From Eledone cirrhosa (lineage: Eukaryota), in NCBI GenBank assembly GCA_964016885.1, contig OZ024746.1:70494001-70558000 (forward strand): a DNA stretch of 64,000 nt, in the 5' to 3' direction. This document shows, piece by piece, positions 36,144 through 51,139 of the stretch. Both the position numbers and the translations under genes were made by a program. Numbering within the stretch: position 1 is the first letter of the stretch; each line of letters opens with the position of its first letter. The notes beneath the pieces are model-generated. The model saw only the letters and a program-made list of their open reading frames with translations, searched no databases and was not told the origin of the DNA.

Positions 36144-36985
36144 TACCAACGTAGTCTTCTTTCAAGTAAACAGCATCTGATCCCTCTTATTCCTAATTTC
36201 TCACTTAGTTCATTTATATTTTGCCGTTTGCGTATATTCGTATTACACATCCAACGGAGCATGCATGCTTCGTTCCTCTCCAGTCTGCACAGCTCCTCTG
36301 CACACAATGCGCATATCTCACTGCTATGTAACATTGCTGTTCGTATACAAGTATTGTATCCATAGTTTGCATTTGGGACATAAAATGGAATTTCTGCCTA
36401 CTCCTTTCCTACACATTGAGCATGGCCATTTCCCAGAGGGCACCTTTTCCCCTATTTTCCTTTCTACATACTAGAACTTTAGTCTTAGACAAGTTAACTT
36501 TAAGGCATTTTAATTCTAGGCCATGCTTCCATGTTTGGAATTTCTTCTCTAGTTCAGCCATCGATTCAGCTATGAGTGTTAGATCATCTGTGTATAGAAG
36601 TACCCATGGGAAGCCGGACTTGAACTCCTCTGTTATAGCCTGGAGGGCAATAATAAATACCTGACACAAATCCAAACTGCATTTCAACTCAATCAAATTG
36701 CTCTTTGATTAGTTGTTATTTAACTCTTTCTGTAACCTTCATGACCTGGTCAACTAACTTAATTCCTCTATAGTTTCCCCTATCTAGGGCATCGCCTTTA
36801 CCCTTGTAGCAGTTAATGATGATGCTGCTACGCCAGTCATTTGGTATGACCCATTCTGTATTACTATCTGGTTTACTATCCGGGTGACTATAGTATGTCC
36901 CACCATTCCAGATGCTTTCAACATCTCAGTAACTATCTCCGAAGGTCCAGCTGCCTTGCCTGTCTTCATATCTTTGATTGCCTTA
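36143..36985 (-). mobile_element. RTE LINE fragment (unit 3, extra internal deletion)
   Basis: Paralogue of 5820-6960. Confidence 0.85.
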
Positions 36986-36990
36986 CTTAT

Positions 36991-37038
<48 letters not shown>

Positions 37039-37039
<1 letters not shown>

Positions 37040-37266
37040 TAGCTGACCCGTCCGGCTGCCCCCACCGCTCCACTGCAAAGGTACCACACACCCTCCCGTG
37101 TCACATTGTCCTTCCGACTCTCTCTCTCTCTGAATAACTAACACTTTAATTGTATCTCTCTCTGTCTAACGGCCTATCTCACTCTTTTCCCCTCCCTCTG
37201 TTTTTCTGTCTCTCTCTGTAGATGTATGTGTGTAGTTTTCCTAATCTTTCTATACATCTCTCTCTT

Positions 37267-37307
<41 letters not shown>

Positions 37308-38563
37308 GTGTATATATTGAAGGGAGATACGGAAACTAAAACAGTGTTGTCATATAGAGAGTGAAGAGCAACAGAGAGAGTAAAGAAGTTAAATTATAGA
37401 GAGGGTGAATGATCTTACATGCATACATACATACATACATACATACAAAGTATAGATATGTGTGTGTGTGTTTGTGTATGTGTGTATGTGCATGTGTGTG
37501 TCTGTGTGTTTTGTTTTGATGTTATCCGGCAATTGGCAAAATCAGGTGTGAAAGTATGTGTATTTGTGTGTGTGTGTGTGTGTGTGTTACTTATGCGAGC
37601 AACGACAGAAAAGGTGTGTGGGATAAATACATTATTATATTTGTCTCTATTTTCGTTCTGCAACCATTATATTATGATATTTGTATCCAAATGATTTTAG
37701 ATGTATGTATTACCTACTTGCTCGTCCCTCTGTCTCTCTTTCCCTGTCTCTCTTTCTTTAGATGTGTGTGTGTGTGAGTATAGTTTTTCTAATCTGTCTC
37801 TTTCACTCTCTGTCTCTCTAAGAGGGTTGCCTTTTTATGTATGTATTACCTGCTTGTTTGTTGACCGAATTTGAAGGAGGTTATCCTTTTGAAATAAACA
37901 TACATACGACGCTCATCTCTATGTTGATATATGATATAAATAATGGGATTGATGAGTTAATATCTGTATACAACAATTACAACGGTACGCGATGGGGCCC
38001 ACCCATAGCCCTGGCGGACAGAATGGAGAAGGCATTTCCCCGGGGGACGGCAAGGGAGACGCGCTGGAAAAACCACTCCAAATCGTGGGGCTCACACCAG
38101 CGGCCGGCCAGCTCAGCGCCTATGGTGGTGAGTAAGAAGGTAGACCTAGTGCCGAGAACACCAGAAATCTCCACTGCCAGGGGTACGACCGCAAACCTAT
38201 CGGAGAGCGACCGATAGTGGAGGAGTTTGGCCCCTCAGCCCGACGTGCAGTAGGACCTGGGTATATATTGATATATTGAAGGTAGATACGGAAAGTAAAA
38301 GAGTGTTGTCATATAGAGAGACAGAGAGTAAAGCAGTTCAATTATAGAGTGTGAAAGAGGGAGAGAGAGAGACGACGCTCAGCTTTATAATATTAGAGAG
38401 TGAAGAGCGACAGAGAGAGTAAAGCAGTTAAATTATAGAGAGGGGAATGATCTATTATAGAGAGAGGGAAGAGCAACAGAGAGAGTAAAGCTAAGAAACT
38501 ATAGGGAGGTGTATAGGATACATACATACATAATACACACGACACTCAGCTTTATAATATTAT
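37039..38563 (-). mobile_element. Non-autonomous Helitron-like element (unit 3)
   Basis: Terminal CTAG at 37039-37042; paralogue of 6978-8955. Confidence 0.6.
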
Positions 38564-39488
38564 ATATATATATATATTATATATATATATATTAACCCAT
38601 GCTAGCGTGGAAGATGGACGTTAAAAGATGATGATGATGATGATGATTACATATAGTAATAATAATAAATTTGAAGACTAAAATCCAAAGAGAGCTCGAT
38701 AAGGATAAATATATATATCAAAAATATAAGATCCCTAGAGCAAATATTTATTAAAATAACAGATTAAAGTTTAAGCCAAGAATCGCTGCTTTCACCCTTA
38801 ACGGGATCTTCAGAAACTATAAAAATCAATCTGTGAACACAGAAGTAAATATTTCGAAAAATGTTGCAACCGAAGGAAAACATTAAGACGTTCCCTGGCA
38901 ATGAACGGAAAAAAGCGTTTATCGAAATATTTACTTCTGCGTTCACAGATTGATATTTTTAATTTCAGAAGATCCCGTGAAGGGTGAAAGCAGTGATTCT
39001 TTGCTTAAACTTTAATCTGTTATTTTAATAAATATATTACATATATATATATTATATATAGAGAGAGATTTATATATATAAGTTTCAATCGGGGGTATCC
39101 ACAGTAAGTAAGGTACTCAATACAAAGCTAATTATAAATATTTAATATAAAAAAGGCTTCTGCAGGACTAGAACTGTTTCTTTCGGGAGAAATCATCAGG
39201 ACGCTAACTTTCCAAGTAATATGGTGGTATTTATATTTTTCTTGTGGTAGGAGAGGATGGGTAGAGGTCATTGGTTGATGGGTTTAAAGAAAATGGCATT
39301 CTTTAAAAACTATATTTAGAGTAACAAAGGCAGAAAGAATTCAAACTGGGGGTGCCACTCCTGATTTTTAAGGTTCACTAAGCTAACAATGGCTATGGTC
39401 AGTTGTCTACAAACACACATATAAGCCCTCACTCCCTCATACTCACACAAACACACTCTCTTATACTTATATATAAATATATACATAC

Positions 39489-39523
<35 letters not shown>

Positions 39524-40109
39524 AGAGAGTAATGAAGTTTGCTTGAAGCATTGTGGAATAATAAGGTAAATTTCTTTAAGTCGTTTGGAAGCCTCGACAA
39601 TGCAGATGGGTAAATCTCCGGGTAACAAGATCCGGTGGTGGAGAGAGAGAACAATTGAAAGAACTATTTCGGCCGCCGACCTCTGCTTGATCGACTCCAT
39701 TTCAAGCGCACGCGTGCTCTGCTGAATACCTCAGATATTCAAAACAACGAACAGCAGAGGACACGTTTCGCACCTTTCCGACAAACAACCTTTCCACCCC
39801 CCCAGAACACACCCCAATTGATGGATGTGAATCCGAAATATATAGGGACAATTATAATCTCTCCCAAGGCAACTCTATCTCGTGTTATTATTTTTATCCT
39901 TTACGCTCTTTCCTACATTCTTCTACACACTACACATCTCAACCTACATTCACTTACATCTCTCTCTCCACCACCGGATCTTGTTACCCGGAGATTTACC
40001 CATCTGCATTGTTGAGGCTTCCAAAACGGCCTAAAGAAATATACCTTATTATTCCACAATGCTTCAAGCAAACTTCAATAATCTCTTATATATATATATA
40101 TATGTGTGT

Positions 40110-41560
40110 GTGTATGACAACACTACTTACAGCTACTTGGCACATAACGCTGTTACCCCTAAATATAAGACTACTATACCCGGCACGCACAGAAATGGGA
40201 CTAGTCAGTAAGGCTATACTTAGAAACATAGTTAAGACCATTAGGACCAAGTCCAACCTGTCCCAGTGGGAAAACAGCCACTCAGTCATTAAGTGGTTTT
40301 ACTCCTTCAACTCCAAAAAAGCGAAGTTCACGCAATTCGACATTGTAGATTTATACCTGTCGATCTCATAGACCCTATTAAACAAGGCATTGGACTTTGC
40401 TATCACTTACACTACCGTCCATCTTTTAGACAGGGAGATCCTCGCACATTGCCGGAAAACCCTCCTCTTCAACAACGGAGTAGCCTGGGCAAAGAAGTCA
40501 ACCACTTCACAACTTTTCGACGTCTCCATTGGATTGTTTGACAGTGCTGACATATGCGACTTGGTTGGCCTATTCATTTTAGACATATTACGTGTTAGAT
40601 TCCCGGACTTCCACACGGGAATATACCGCATCAATGGCCTGACCTTATTGAGCCATTAAAGTGGTCACAAACTGGACCAGTTTAAAACAGACTTAACTTC
40701 TACCTTTAATGAGTTAGGACTTAGGATAACAGTAGTTACCAACCTCTCTAGCATAGATTTCTTAGACATTTATTTAGACCTTCGCACACCTACCTTCTGA
40801 CCCTTCCATAAGTTACACGAAAAACTTAATTACATACACAAGGACTCATGCCACCCCCCTACTGTTTTTAGAAACTTCGTAAATAATATCAGTACTAGAA
40901 TCTCTAACCTCTCCTCTAATAAAGCTATCTTTGACAGAGTGGCACCCTACTATAACACGGTGTTAATTAACAGCGGCTTCTCGCAACCAATTATTTACTC
41001 CCCCACTAACAACAACAGCAATAAGAAAAGAAATCGTAACAATAGACAAACTATCTGGTTCTCTCCTCCCTTCTCACTCAACGTTAAAACTAATGTAGGA
41101 AAAAAATGTTTAGCCCTCTTAGATAAACACTTTCCCATAGGACACAAATACCACTGAAGGCCCACATCACCAACAGTCCTAAGAGCGACACCTCACCATG
41201 ATGCTCTTGCAGGAAGCCTGAAGCTTGTCCCATTCAACAGCAATGCAACACACCTGCTGTAGTTTATAAAGCTGTGGTCACTTCCAACTGCCCAAATCCT
41301 ATGTGGGTTTGGCGGAGGACCGATTTAAGGAACGCTTCCTGAACCATCAGTCGACCATTAGGTACCCGGACAAACGATCAGCCACGAAACTCGCGAGCCC
41401 CGTACTGTCCCTCAAGAACTCAGGTATAGACTACTCCATTCAATGGAAAGCCATCACTAAGTCCAAGCCATACGCTAAGGGCAATCTGTCGTGTGGACTG
41501 TGCATTGAAGAAAGGATAAATATTCTAAGGAGATTACACAATAGCGTAATTAGAGAATAA
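40110..41560 (+). mobile_element. Degenerate Naiad-like PLE (unit 3)
   Basis: Paralogue of 11120-12712 with a deletion near 40168. Confidence 0.85.
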
Positions 41561-42200
41561 ATTCTGGCAATGGAAACATCAGTTGGAATCAAGAGGACTG
41601 AGAGTGAATATAGCTAAGACAAAAGTGTTGATAAGTAGAAGAGAGGACAATACTCTGATTCCATCAGCGAAATCGCCATGTTCGATATCTAGAAAAGGAA
41701 CTGGCATAAATTCCATAAAATGTACGCAATGCAGATCTTGGGTACGCAAGAGATGTAGTGGGATAACAGGCAAACTAACAGGCAGGGAAAACTACGTATG
41801 CTGTAGATGTACAGGGAAAATTGGCAGTAGTAATCGCAGTGATAGACACATTTTTCCAATGCAGGTGGTTCTATAGAAGTGGTTGATAGCTACCGGTACC
41901 TAGGTGATCAGATTAGCAGGGGAGGGGAGTGGGTCCGAGGCCATGGTATCTAGAATAAGGACAGGTTGGTAGAAGTTTAGAGAGCTGCTTCTTCTGTTGA
42001 CAAAGAAGGGTTTCTCCCTGCGTACGAAAGCACGGTTATATGATGCCTGTGTGAGATGCGCAATGCTGCACGGTAGTGAGACATGGGCAGCAACTGCAGA
42101 GGATATGCAACGGCTGGAGACAAATGAAGCAAGCATGCTCTGTTGGATGTGCAATGTCAATGTGTGTGAACGACCAAGCATAGATGAGTTGAGAAAGAAA
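41550..42200 (+). mobile_element. RTE LINE fragment, 3' end deleted (unit 3)
   Basis: Paralogue of 28280-28932 with identical deletion junction. Confidence 0.85.
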
Positions 42201-42729
42201 CTTGTAAACAAACAGCCCGAATTAAGCCGTACAGTATTCGGCAACCATCATCGCCCTTTTGTTCAACACTGACAATATATATACGTATATGTCTATATAT
42301 ATGCACACACACACATACATATATATATATACATACAGTGTACAGCAGGCATTCTCCGTCCCAGTTATTTGCAGAATTTTCCTTAGAACCTAACACCAAT
42401 AATTGTTCAAGGAAACCACCGCATATTCGTGGAATCGTAAATATCTTCTGTGATTCATTGATGGCTTTTTTCGTGGCAATATATATTTTCTCATACTTTT
42501 TAATGTTAAATTATTAATGTATATATATGGTATTTTCCAGCCTATATATTAAATTGTTTTGACGTTTATTAGCATTTTTGTGGGCTACGCCCAATATTTA
42601 CGCTTCTGAAAATCTTCACGGGTGCTCTAGGGACATAAACCTCACTAATACAGTGGAACAACTGTATACATATATATACATATATAGGTATACACACATA
42701 TATATGTTTCTATACTTTTATATATATAT

Positions 42730-43014
42730 GTTGGTGCCACAAAATCCAGGCCGAAACAAATGAGATCGTGTAGGTGTCACGAAAAAAAAACACACAGTCC
42801 ACGCTGTAAATGTGGCCGTGTAGGCAACACGGTAAAAACCTCCCAGCCCCACACTGTAAATGTGGTTGGTGTTAGGAAGGGCATCCAGCTGTAGAAAACC
42901 CGCCAGACAGTCCTATGCGAGCAAGACAACCACTCTTGCCTCAAGTGGGAAAACCCCCGTCCAAACCCATGCAAGCGTGGAACACGGACGTTAAACGTTG
43001 ATGATGATGATGAT
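42730..43014 (+). mobile_element. SINE/RTE-tail element with (TGA)n end, unit-4-specific
   Basis: GGTTGGTGTTAGGAAGGGCATCCAGCTGTAGAAAA...CAAACCCATGCAAGCGTGGAACACGGACGTTAAACGTTGATGATGATG. Confidence 0.7.
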
Positions 43015-43714
43015 GAAGGCACATGGCTTAGTGATTAGAGCATTGGCCTTGCAATCGAAAGGTTGTGAGTTCAATTCTCAGACCGGGTGATGTGTTGTTT
43101 CCTTGAGCAAGACACTTTATTTCACATTGCTCCAGTTTACTCAGCTGTAGAAATGAGATGATAGGGACTGTGGTCAATATCATTCCACTGCAAAGTGGTT
43201 GTGCAGGTGCCATGGCAAAAAAGCACCCAGCACTCAATGTAAATGAGGTTGGTGTTAGGAAGGGCATCCAGCCGTAGAAATCAAGCCAGAATCAGTTCCC
43301 GTCACACCCTTGCAAGCAGTGAAAAAGCGGACTTAAAATGAAATGAATGAATGATATGAAAATTATTGTCTAAGGAATGGTGTTGGCCTCTAAAATTTCT
43401 GACAACACACTCACATCATTACCTCAAGTGATTGAAGGTCTCTGGAATAACACACCAGAACAAGGACTGTTTGGGTTACATGAAAGAAAAAAAATGTTAA
43501 GGCGTAAAACAAAAGCCACAGAAATGTCTTGCATATACTAAAAATATTTCTAAGAAGCCAATGATCAAATATGAGCAAGATTTTAATTCCAACAAAAAAT
43601 GTATTAAATAAAATTAATGGTAAGCAATATTTATAGTTTGTTGAATGTCTCGGCATTAACTTTTGATGTTGGTGTAGAATAAGGTAGGACTTGTAAGAAA
43701 GGTATATCACATTT

Positions 43715-46166
43715 CATATTTTAAAGTCTTCGGTCAAGTGTGTTATGAACAAAAGATTTCCCACTTATTTCTCACCAGTGTGTGTTAGTTTGTGTTTATT
43801 TAAGTGATTGTTAGAAAGAAAAGACTTATTTCACAGTGGAAAGATCTCTCACCAGTGTGTGTTAGTTTGTGTGTATTTAATTGACTGTTACGAACAAAAG
43901 ATTTACCACATCTTTCATTGGAAAGGTTTCTCACCAGTGTGTGTTTGTTTGTGTTTATTTAAGTGACTGTTTTGAAGAAAAGACTTCCCACATATTTCAC
44001 AGTGGAAAGGTTTCTCTCCAGTGTGTGTTAGTTTGTGTCTATTTAAGTGACTGTTACAAACAAAAGATTTACCACATATTTCACAGTGGAAAGGTTTCTC
44101 TCCGGTGTGTGTTCTTGTGTGAATTGTTAACATACCGTTAGAAATAAAGGATTTCCCACATATTTCACAATGGTAGGGTTTTTCTCCAGTGTGTGTTTGT
44201 TTGTGTCCTGCTAAATGACTTTTACGAACAAAAGATTTCTCACATATTTCACAGTGGAAAGGTCTCTCTCCGGTGTGTGTTCTTGTGTGAATTGTTAACT
44301 CACTGTTAGAGCCAAAAATTTTTCCACATATTTCACAGTGGAAAGATCTCTCCCCAGTGTGTGTTAGTTTGTGTCTATTTAAGTCACAGTTACGAAGAAA
44401 AGACTTCCCACATATTTCACAGTGGCAAGATTTTTCACCAGTGTGTCTTAGTTTGTGTATATATAAGCTACTGTTTTGAAGAAAAGACTTGCCACATGTT
44501 TCACAGTGGAAAGATTTCTCACCAGTGTGTGTTCTTGTGTGACTTGTTAACCCTCCGTTAGAGGCAAAAGATTTTCCACATATTTCACAATGATAAGGCT
44601 TTTCTCCTGTGTGTCTTCTCAAGTGTTCTATTACATGAGGATTAGTCACAAAGGATTTCCCACATATTTCACAATGATATGGCTTCTCTCCAGTGTGGCT
44701 TCTCATGTGTACTATTAAATGAGCATTAGACACAAAGGATTTCCCACATATTTCACAATGATAAGGCTTTTCTCCTGTGTGTCTTCTCATGTGTACGATT
44801 AAATAACCATTAGTCACACAGGATTTCCCACATATTTCACAATGGTGGGGTTTTTCTCCAGTGTGTGTTTGTTTGTGTTCTGCTAAATGACTGTTACGAA
44901 CAAAAGACTTCCCACATATTTCACAATGAAAAGGTCTCTCACCAGTGTGTGTTAGTTTGTGTATATTTAAGTGACTGTTTTGAAGAAAAGACTTCCCACA
45001 TATTTCACAGTGGAAAGATCTCTCACCAGTGTGTGTTAGTTTGTGTCTATTTAAGTTAAAGTTACGAAGAAAAGATTTACCACATATTTCGCAGTTGAAA
45101 GATCTCTCACCACTGTGTGTTAGTTTGTGTATATTTAAGTGACTGTTATAAAGAAAAGATTTACCACATATTTCACAATGAAAAGGTCTCTCACCAGTGT
45201 GTGTTCTTGTGTGAATTGTTAACATACTGTTAGAAACAAAGGATTTCCCACATATTTCACAATGGTGGGGTTTTTCTCCAGTGTGTGTGTGTTTGTGTCC
45301 TGCTAAATGACTTTTACGAACAAAAGATTTCCCACATATTTCACAGTGGAAAGGTCTCTCTCCGGTGTGTGTTCTTGTGTGAATTGTTAACTCACTGTTA
45401 GAGCCAAAATATTTTCCACATATTTCACAGTGGAAAGATCTCTCACCAGTGTGTGTTAGTTTGTGTCTATTTAAGACACTGTTACAAAGAAAAGACTTCC
45501 CACATATTTCACAGTGGAAAGATTTCTCACCAGTGTGTGTTCTTGTGTGAATTGTTAACTCTCTGTTAGAGGCAAAAGATTTTCCACATATTTCACAATG
45601 ATAAGGCTTTTCTCCTGTGTGTCTTCTCATGTGTTCTATGAAATGAGGATTAGTCACAAAGGATTTCCCACATATTTCACAGTCGCAAGATTTTTCACCA
45701 GTGTGTGTTAGTTTGTGTATATTTAAGTGACTGTTATGAAGAAAAGACTTCCCACATATTTCACAGTGGAAAGATTTTTCACCAGTGTGTGTTCTTTTGT
45801 GGACTGTTAAATGGCTGTTAGTCACAAAAGAATTCCCACATGTTTCACAATGAAATGCTCTCTCTTCAGTGTGTCTACGAATGTGTTCAACAAGGTCAGA
45901 TGTGTAAGGGGAAGATTTCCCACGTATTTCACAGGACAACTGTTTTTCTATTGTGTGTGTGTCTTTGTGTGTGGATACTTCATCTTTTGTAGGAAAGTTT
46001 TCCTACAAATCTCACAGCTGTATTCTGGAATATTCCTGTGTAAAGTTCCTTCTTCTGTACATATTTCACGCGATAAAGGTTTCTCATCACTGTATGTCTG
46101 TGTAACTGTATCTATATTGGTGGAAACTGGTGTGTTAGAAATGTTCAATTGTTTAACGTCCTCCAT
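43715..46166 (-). pseudogene. Poly-C2H2 zinc-finger copy 4, frameshifted (23 tandem fingers open in 43915-45939)
   Basis: 1-bp deletion at ~45991 (TTTGTAGGAAAG vs TTTGTAGAGAAAG in the other four copies) separates the ATG frame from the finger array; further stop/deletions at 43715-43915. Confidence 0.8.
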
Positions 46167-46957
46167 AGTATTTCTTGAAGAATTCTTGAAAGTTGAGAAA
46201 TATCTGTGATTATATTTTATTATTCGTCAATTTCTCGTAACAAAGTAATTCCTCTCGAAGTGCTACATATATATTATTGTAAACAAAAAGACTTCAAATT
46301 CAACGTTAGGAAATTTGGTTATGGTTAATGCATGCTATGTAGTCTAAAATATATATTGTCTATAAATGACTGGTAGCCGATGTTCTGGTAAAATAGACGT
46401 TCTTCCACTAGATTGTAATGGAACTCTCAGTTGACACAACTGTAAAGTAAGAATAGATATGACAGTGTAAGACAGATGTCGGGGAAAGAAAATGTATCGT
46501 ATGTATATATATTTGTGGTGAGATGGCGGCGGTATGATCATGTGTTTATTTCTCTATGTTGACCTAATAAAATAAGTTTGTTTATCACGGAATGTAGAAA
46601 AGTACACAATATCTGCTGTGTTGACAATAAAAATAATACGTACTTTATATTTCAAGTCCAAGTGTAAAGTCAAGAAAGCTAATTGTTGGTGATTTAAACC
46701 TATTTCTTTCAGTGACGTTCTTCATGCTTCACTATCCTAAATAACACCGGTGTTATACATTAAAAATCCCTGACATAATGTAGTACCATCAGTTATGTTA
46801 GTATCCCACACTTGGTAAAGGAAACAACACCCAGTAAAATGATTGTGATGCATAAACGAGGCAGTCTCTTACCTTGTTGCTTAACCTGCTAAGAATAGCA
46901 GCCAAACTGCCCTCTTCACGTTTTGATCAACAGAAAGACACACACACATATATGTAT

Positions 46958-47590
46958 ATATGTATAGAAATTTCGTATTTCGAAAGAAATACGATTTTAG
47001 AAAGGCGTTGCTATGCGAACAACGGTATATGGGGGCTAACGCCCTCTAGTGTTGTCCAGTAGAATCTGGGGGTACAGCCGTCTATGCATTTCAGTCTTGA
47101 CTGACCATCGTCAGGACGATCCCTCCCACTGCTCTATTATAAGTTGAGCCGACTTATGCAGCTTCATATACAAATGAGATTAATCACCTCATGTTTTCAA
47201 GTCCAGCATTCAAGCCTGAAATGCATATAGACGGTTGTCCCCCCTGCTTTTGCTGGACAACACCAGAGAGCGTTAGATAACCTGTGTTCGCATAGCTACG
47301 GCTTCCTAAAATTGTATTTCTTTCGAAATACGAAATTTCTATATATATTGTATAAAGCAATGCTTGAAGTGGAATCCTATTTCTTTTCTATTATAAGTTG
47401 AGTCAACTAATGCAGCGTCATACGCAAATGAGATTAATCACCTCATTTCCACGAACGAGAAAACTATATGTTCTCGGCTGTTTTCAAGTCCAGCAGTCGC
47501 AGAGCAGTCGGCAGGATAGTCCTGACGAAGGCCAGTCAAACCTGAAATGCATAGACGGTTGTCCCCCTTGCTTCTGATGGACAACACCAT
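46958..47590. mobile_element. Hammerhead repeat module, unit 4
   Basis: Copy a 47076-47121 (-) has core intact but stem II altered; copy b core deleted; copy c 47516-47560 (+) intact. Confidence 0.78.
47516..47560 (+). ncRNA. Minimal type I hammerhead ribozyme (unit 4, copy c)
   Basis: atagtc-CTGACGA-AGGccagtcaaaCCT-GAAA-tgca-TA-gacggtt. Confidence 0.7.
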
Positions 47591-48725
47591 ACCAACGTAG
47601 TCTTCTCTCAAGTAAACAGCATCTGATCCCTCTTATTCCTAATTTCTCACTTAGTTCATTTATTTTTTGCCGTTTCCGTATATTAGTATTACACATCCAA
47701 CGGAGCATGCATGCTTCGTTCCTCTCCAGTCTGCACAGCCCCTCTGCACACAATGCCCATGTCTCACTGCCATGTAACATTGCTGTTCGTATACAAGCAA
47801 CATACAATCTGCCTTTCATTTTTAGAGAGAAACCTTTAGTGCCAATAGTGGTATAAGCTCTCTGAACTTTTCCATCCCGTTCTGACTCTGGCTACTGTAC
47901 TTTCAGAGCACCCTCCACCACTGCTGATTTTGTCACCCAGGCAACAGATAGTGTCCACTATTTCTATAGAACAATCTGGGCAATAGAAAGAGCTAATATC
48001 CTGTGGGTACTTGCTCCTTATTGCACCTGAGCAGCGGCCACATATAAAATTTACGTTCTTGGATAGCTTACCTGTGATCCCACTACATCTTTTATGTACC
48101 CATAGTATGCATTTGGGGCATAAAATGGAATTTCTGCCTCCTCCTTTCCTACACACTGAGCATGGCCATTTCGCAGAGGGCACCTTTTCCCTTATTTTCC
48201 TTTCTACATACTAGAACTTTAGTCTTAGACAAGTTAACTTTAAGGCATTTTAATTCTAGGCCATGCTTCCATGTTTGGAATTTCTTCTCTAGTTCAGCCA
48301 TCGATTCAGCTATGAGTGTTAGATCATCTGTGTATAGAAGTACCCATGGGAAGCCGGACTTGAACTCCTCTGTTATAGCCTGGAGGGCAATAATAAATAC
48401 CTGACACAAACCCAAACTGCATTTCATCTCGATCAATTCGCTCTCTGATTAGTTGTGCTTTAACTCTTTCTGTAACCTTCATGACCTGGTCTACTAACTT
48501 AATGCCTCTATAGTTTCCCCTTTCTAGGGCATCTCCTTTACCCTTGTAGCAGTTAATGATGCTGCTGCTACACCAGTCATTTGGTATGACCCCATTCTGT
48601 ATTACTAGGTTTACTATCCGGGTGACTATAGTATGTCCCACCATTCCAGATGCTTTCAACATCTCAGTAACTATCTCCGAAGGTCCAGCTGCCTTGCCTG
48701 TCTTCATATCTTTGATTCCCTTACT
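47590..48725 (-). mobile_element. RTE LINE fragment (unit 4)
   Basis: Paralogue of 5820-6960. Confidence 0.87.
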
Positions 48726-48750
48726 TATTATATATATATATATATATATA

Positions 48751-50205
48751 CTAGTTGGCCCGTCCGGCTGCCCCACCGCTCCACTGCTAAAATACCACAC
48801 ACCCTCCCGACGCTCTCTCTCTCGCTCTGAATAACTAACACTTCAATTGTATCTCTCGCTGTCTAACGGCCTATCTCTCTCTCTTTTCCACACCCCCTCC
48901 GTTTTCTGTCTCTCTCTCTGTAGATGTATGTGTGTAGTTTTCCTAATCTTTCTATAAATCTCTCTTTCTCTATCTCTCTCTCTGTATATATTGAAGGGAG
49001 ATACGGAAACTAAAACAGTTTTGTCATATAGAGAGTGAAGAGCAACAGAGATAGTAAAGCAGTTAAATTATAGAGAGGGGGAATGATCTTACATGCATAC
49101 ATACATACATATAAAGTATAGATAAGTGTGTGTGTGTTTGTGCATGTGTGTGTCTGTGTGTTTTGTTTTGATGTTATCCGGCAAATGGCGAAATCAGGTG
49201 TGAAAATATGTGTATTTGTATGTGTGTGTTACTTATGCGAGCAACGACAGAAAAAGTGTGTGGGATACATACATTATTATATTTGTCTCTATTTTCGTTC
49301 TGCAACCATTATATTATATTTGTATCCAAATGATTTTAGATGTATGTATTACCTACTTGCTCGTCCCTCTGTCTCTCTTTCCCTGTCTCTCTCGCTTTAG
49401 TTGTGCGTGTGTGTGTAGTTTTCCTAATCTGTCTCTTTCACTCTCTGTCTCTCTAAGAGTAAGAGGGTTGCCTTTTGGTGTATGTATTACCTGCTTGTTT
49501 GTTGACTGAATTTGAAGGAGGTTATCCTTTAGAAATAAACATACATACGACGCTCATCTCTATGTTGATATATGATATAAATAATGGGATGATGAGTTAA
49601 TATCTGTATACAACAATTACAACGGTACGTGATGGGGCCCACCCACAGCCCTGGCGGACAGAATGGAGAAGGCGTTTCTCCGGGGGGACGGCAAGGGAGA
49701 CGCGCTGGAAAAGCCACTCCAACACGCGGGGCTCACACCTGCAGCTGGCCAGCTCAGCGCCTATGGTGGTGAGTAAGAAGGTAGCCCTGGGGCCGAGGAC
49801 ACCAGAAGTCTCCACTGCCACGGGGACGACCGCAAACCTGTCGGAGCGCGACCGGTTTGAGGAGTTTGGCCCCCTCAACCCGACGTGCAGCAGAACCTGG
49901 GTATATATTGATATATTGAAGGTAGATACGGAAAGTAAAACAGTATTGTCATATAGAGAGTGAAGAGAGACAGAGAGTAAAGCAGTTAAATTATAGAGAG
50001 GGTGAAAGAAGGAGAGAGAGACGACGCTCAGCTTTATAATATTTGAGAGTGAAGAGCGACAGAGATAGTAAAGCAGTTAAATTATAGAGAGGGGGAATGA
50101 TCTATTATAGAGAGATGGAAGAGCTACGGAGAGAGTAAAGCTAAGGAAATATAGGGAGGTGTGTAGGATACATACATAATACACACGACACTCAGTTTTA
50201 TAATA
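48751..50205 (-). mobile_element. Non-autonomous Helitron-like element (unit 4)
   Basis: Terminal CTAG at 48751-48754; paralogue of 6978-8955. Confidence 0.6.
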
Positions 50206-51139
50206 TATATATATATATTATATTGACCCATACTAGCGTGGAAGATGGACGTTAAAAGATGATGATTACATATAGTAATAGTAATAAATTTGAAGACTAA
50301 AATCCAAAGAGGGTTCGATAAGGATAAATATATATATATCAAATATATAAGAACCCTAGAGCAAATATTTATTAAAATAACAGATTAAAGTTTAAGCCAA
50401 GAAGCGCTGCTTTCACCCTTAACGGGATCTTCTGAAACTAAAAAAATCAATCTGTGAACGCAGAAGTAAATATTTCGAAAAACGTTGCAACCGAAGGAAA
50501 AGATGAAGACGTTCCCTGGCAATGAACGGAAAAAAGCGTTTTTCGAAATATTTACTTCTGCGTTCACAGATTGATATTTTTAGTTTCAGAAGATCCCATT
50601 AAGGGTGAAAGCAGTGATTCTTTGCTTAAATTTTAATGTTATTTTAATAAATATATTACATATATATATATTTTATATAGAAATTAATATATATAAGTTT
50701 ATCCCGGGTTCAACCGGGGGTAACCACAGTAAGTAAGGTACTCAATACAAAGCAGAGTAAAAATATTTAATATAGAAAAGGCTTCTGCAGGACTAGAACT
50801 GTTTCATTCAGGAGAAATCATCAGGAAGCTAACTTTCCAAGTAGTATTTATATCTTTTCTTGTGGTAGGAGAGGATGGTAATTGGGATGGGTGGAGGTCA
50901 TTGGTTGATGGGTTTAAAGAAAATGGCATTCTTTAAAAACTATATTTAGAGTAACAAAGGCAGAAAGAATTCAAACTGGGGGTGCCACTCCTGATTTTTA
51001 AGGTTCACTTAAGCTAACAATGGCTATGTTCAGTTGTCTACAAACACACATATTAGCCCTTAATCCATGACACAAACACACACTCTTATACTTATATATA
51101 TACATACGTATATATATATATGTTTGTGTCTGTGTATGT

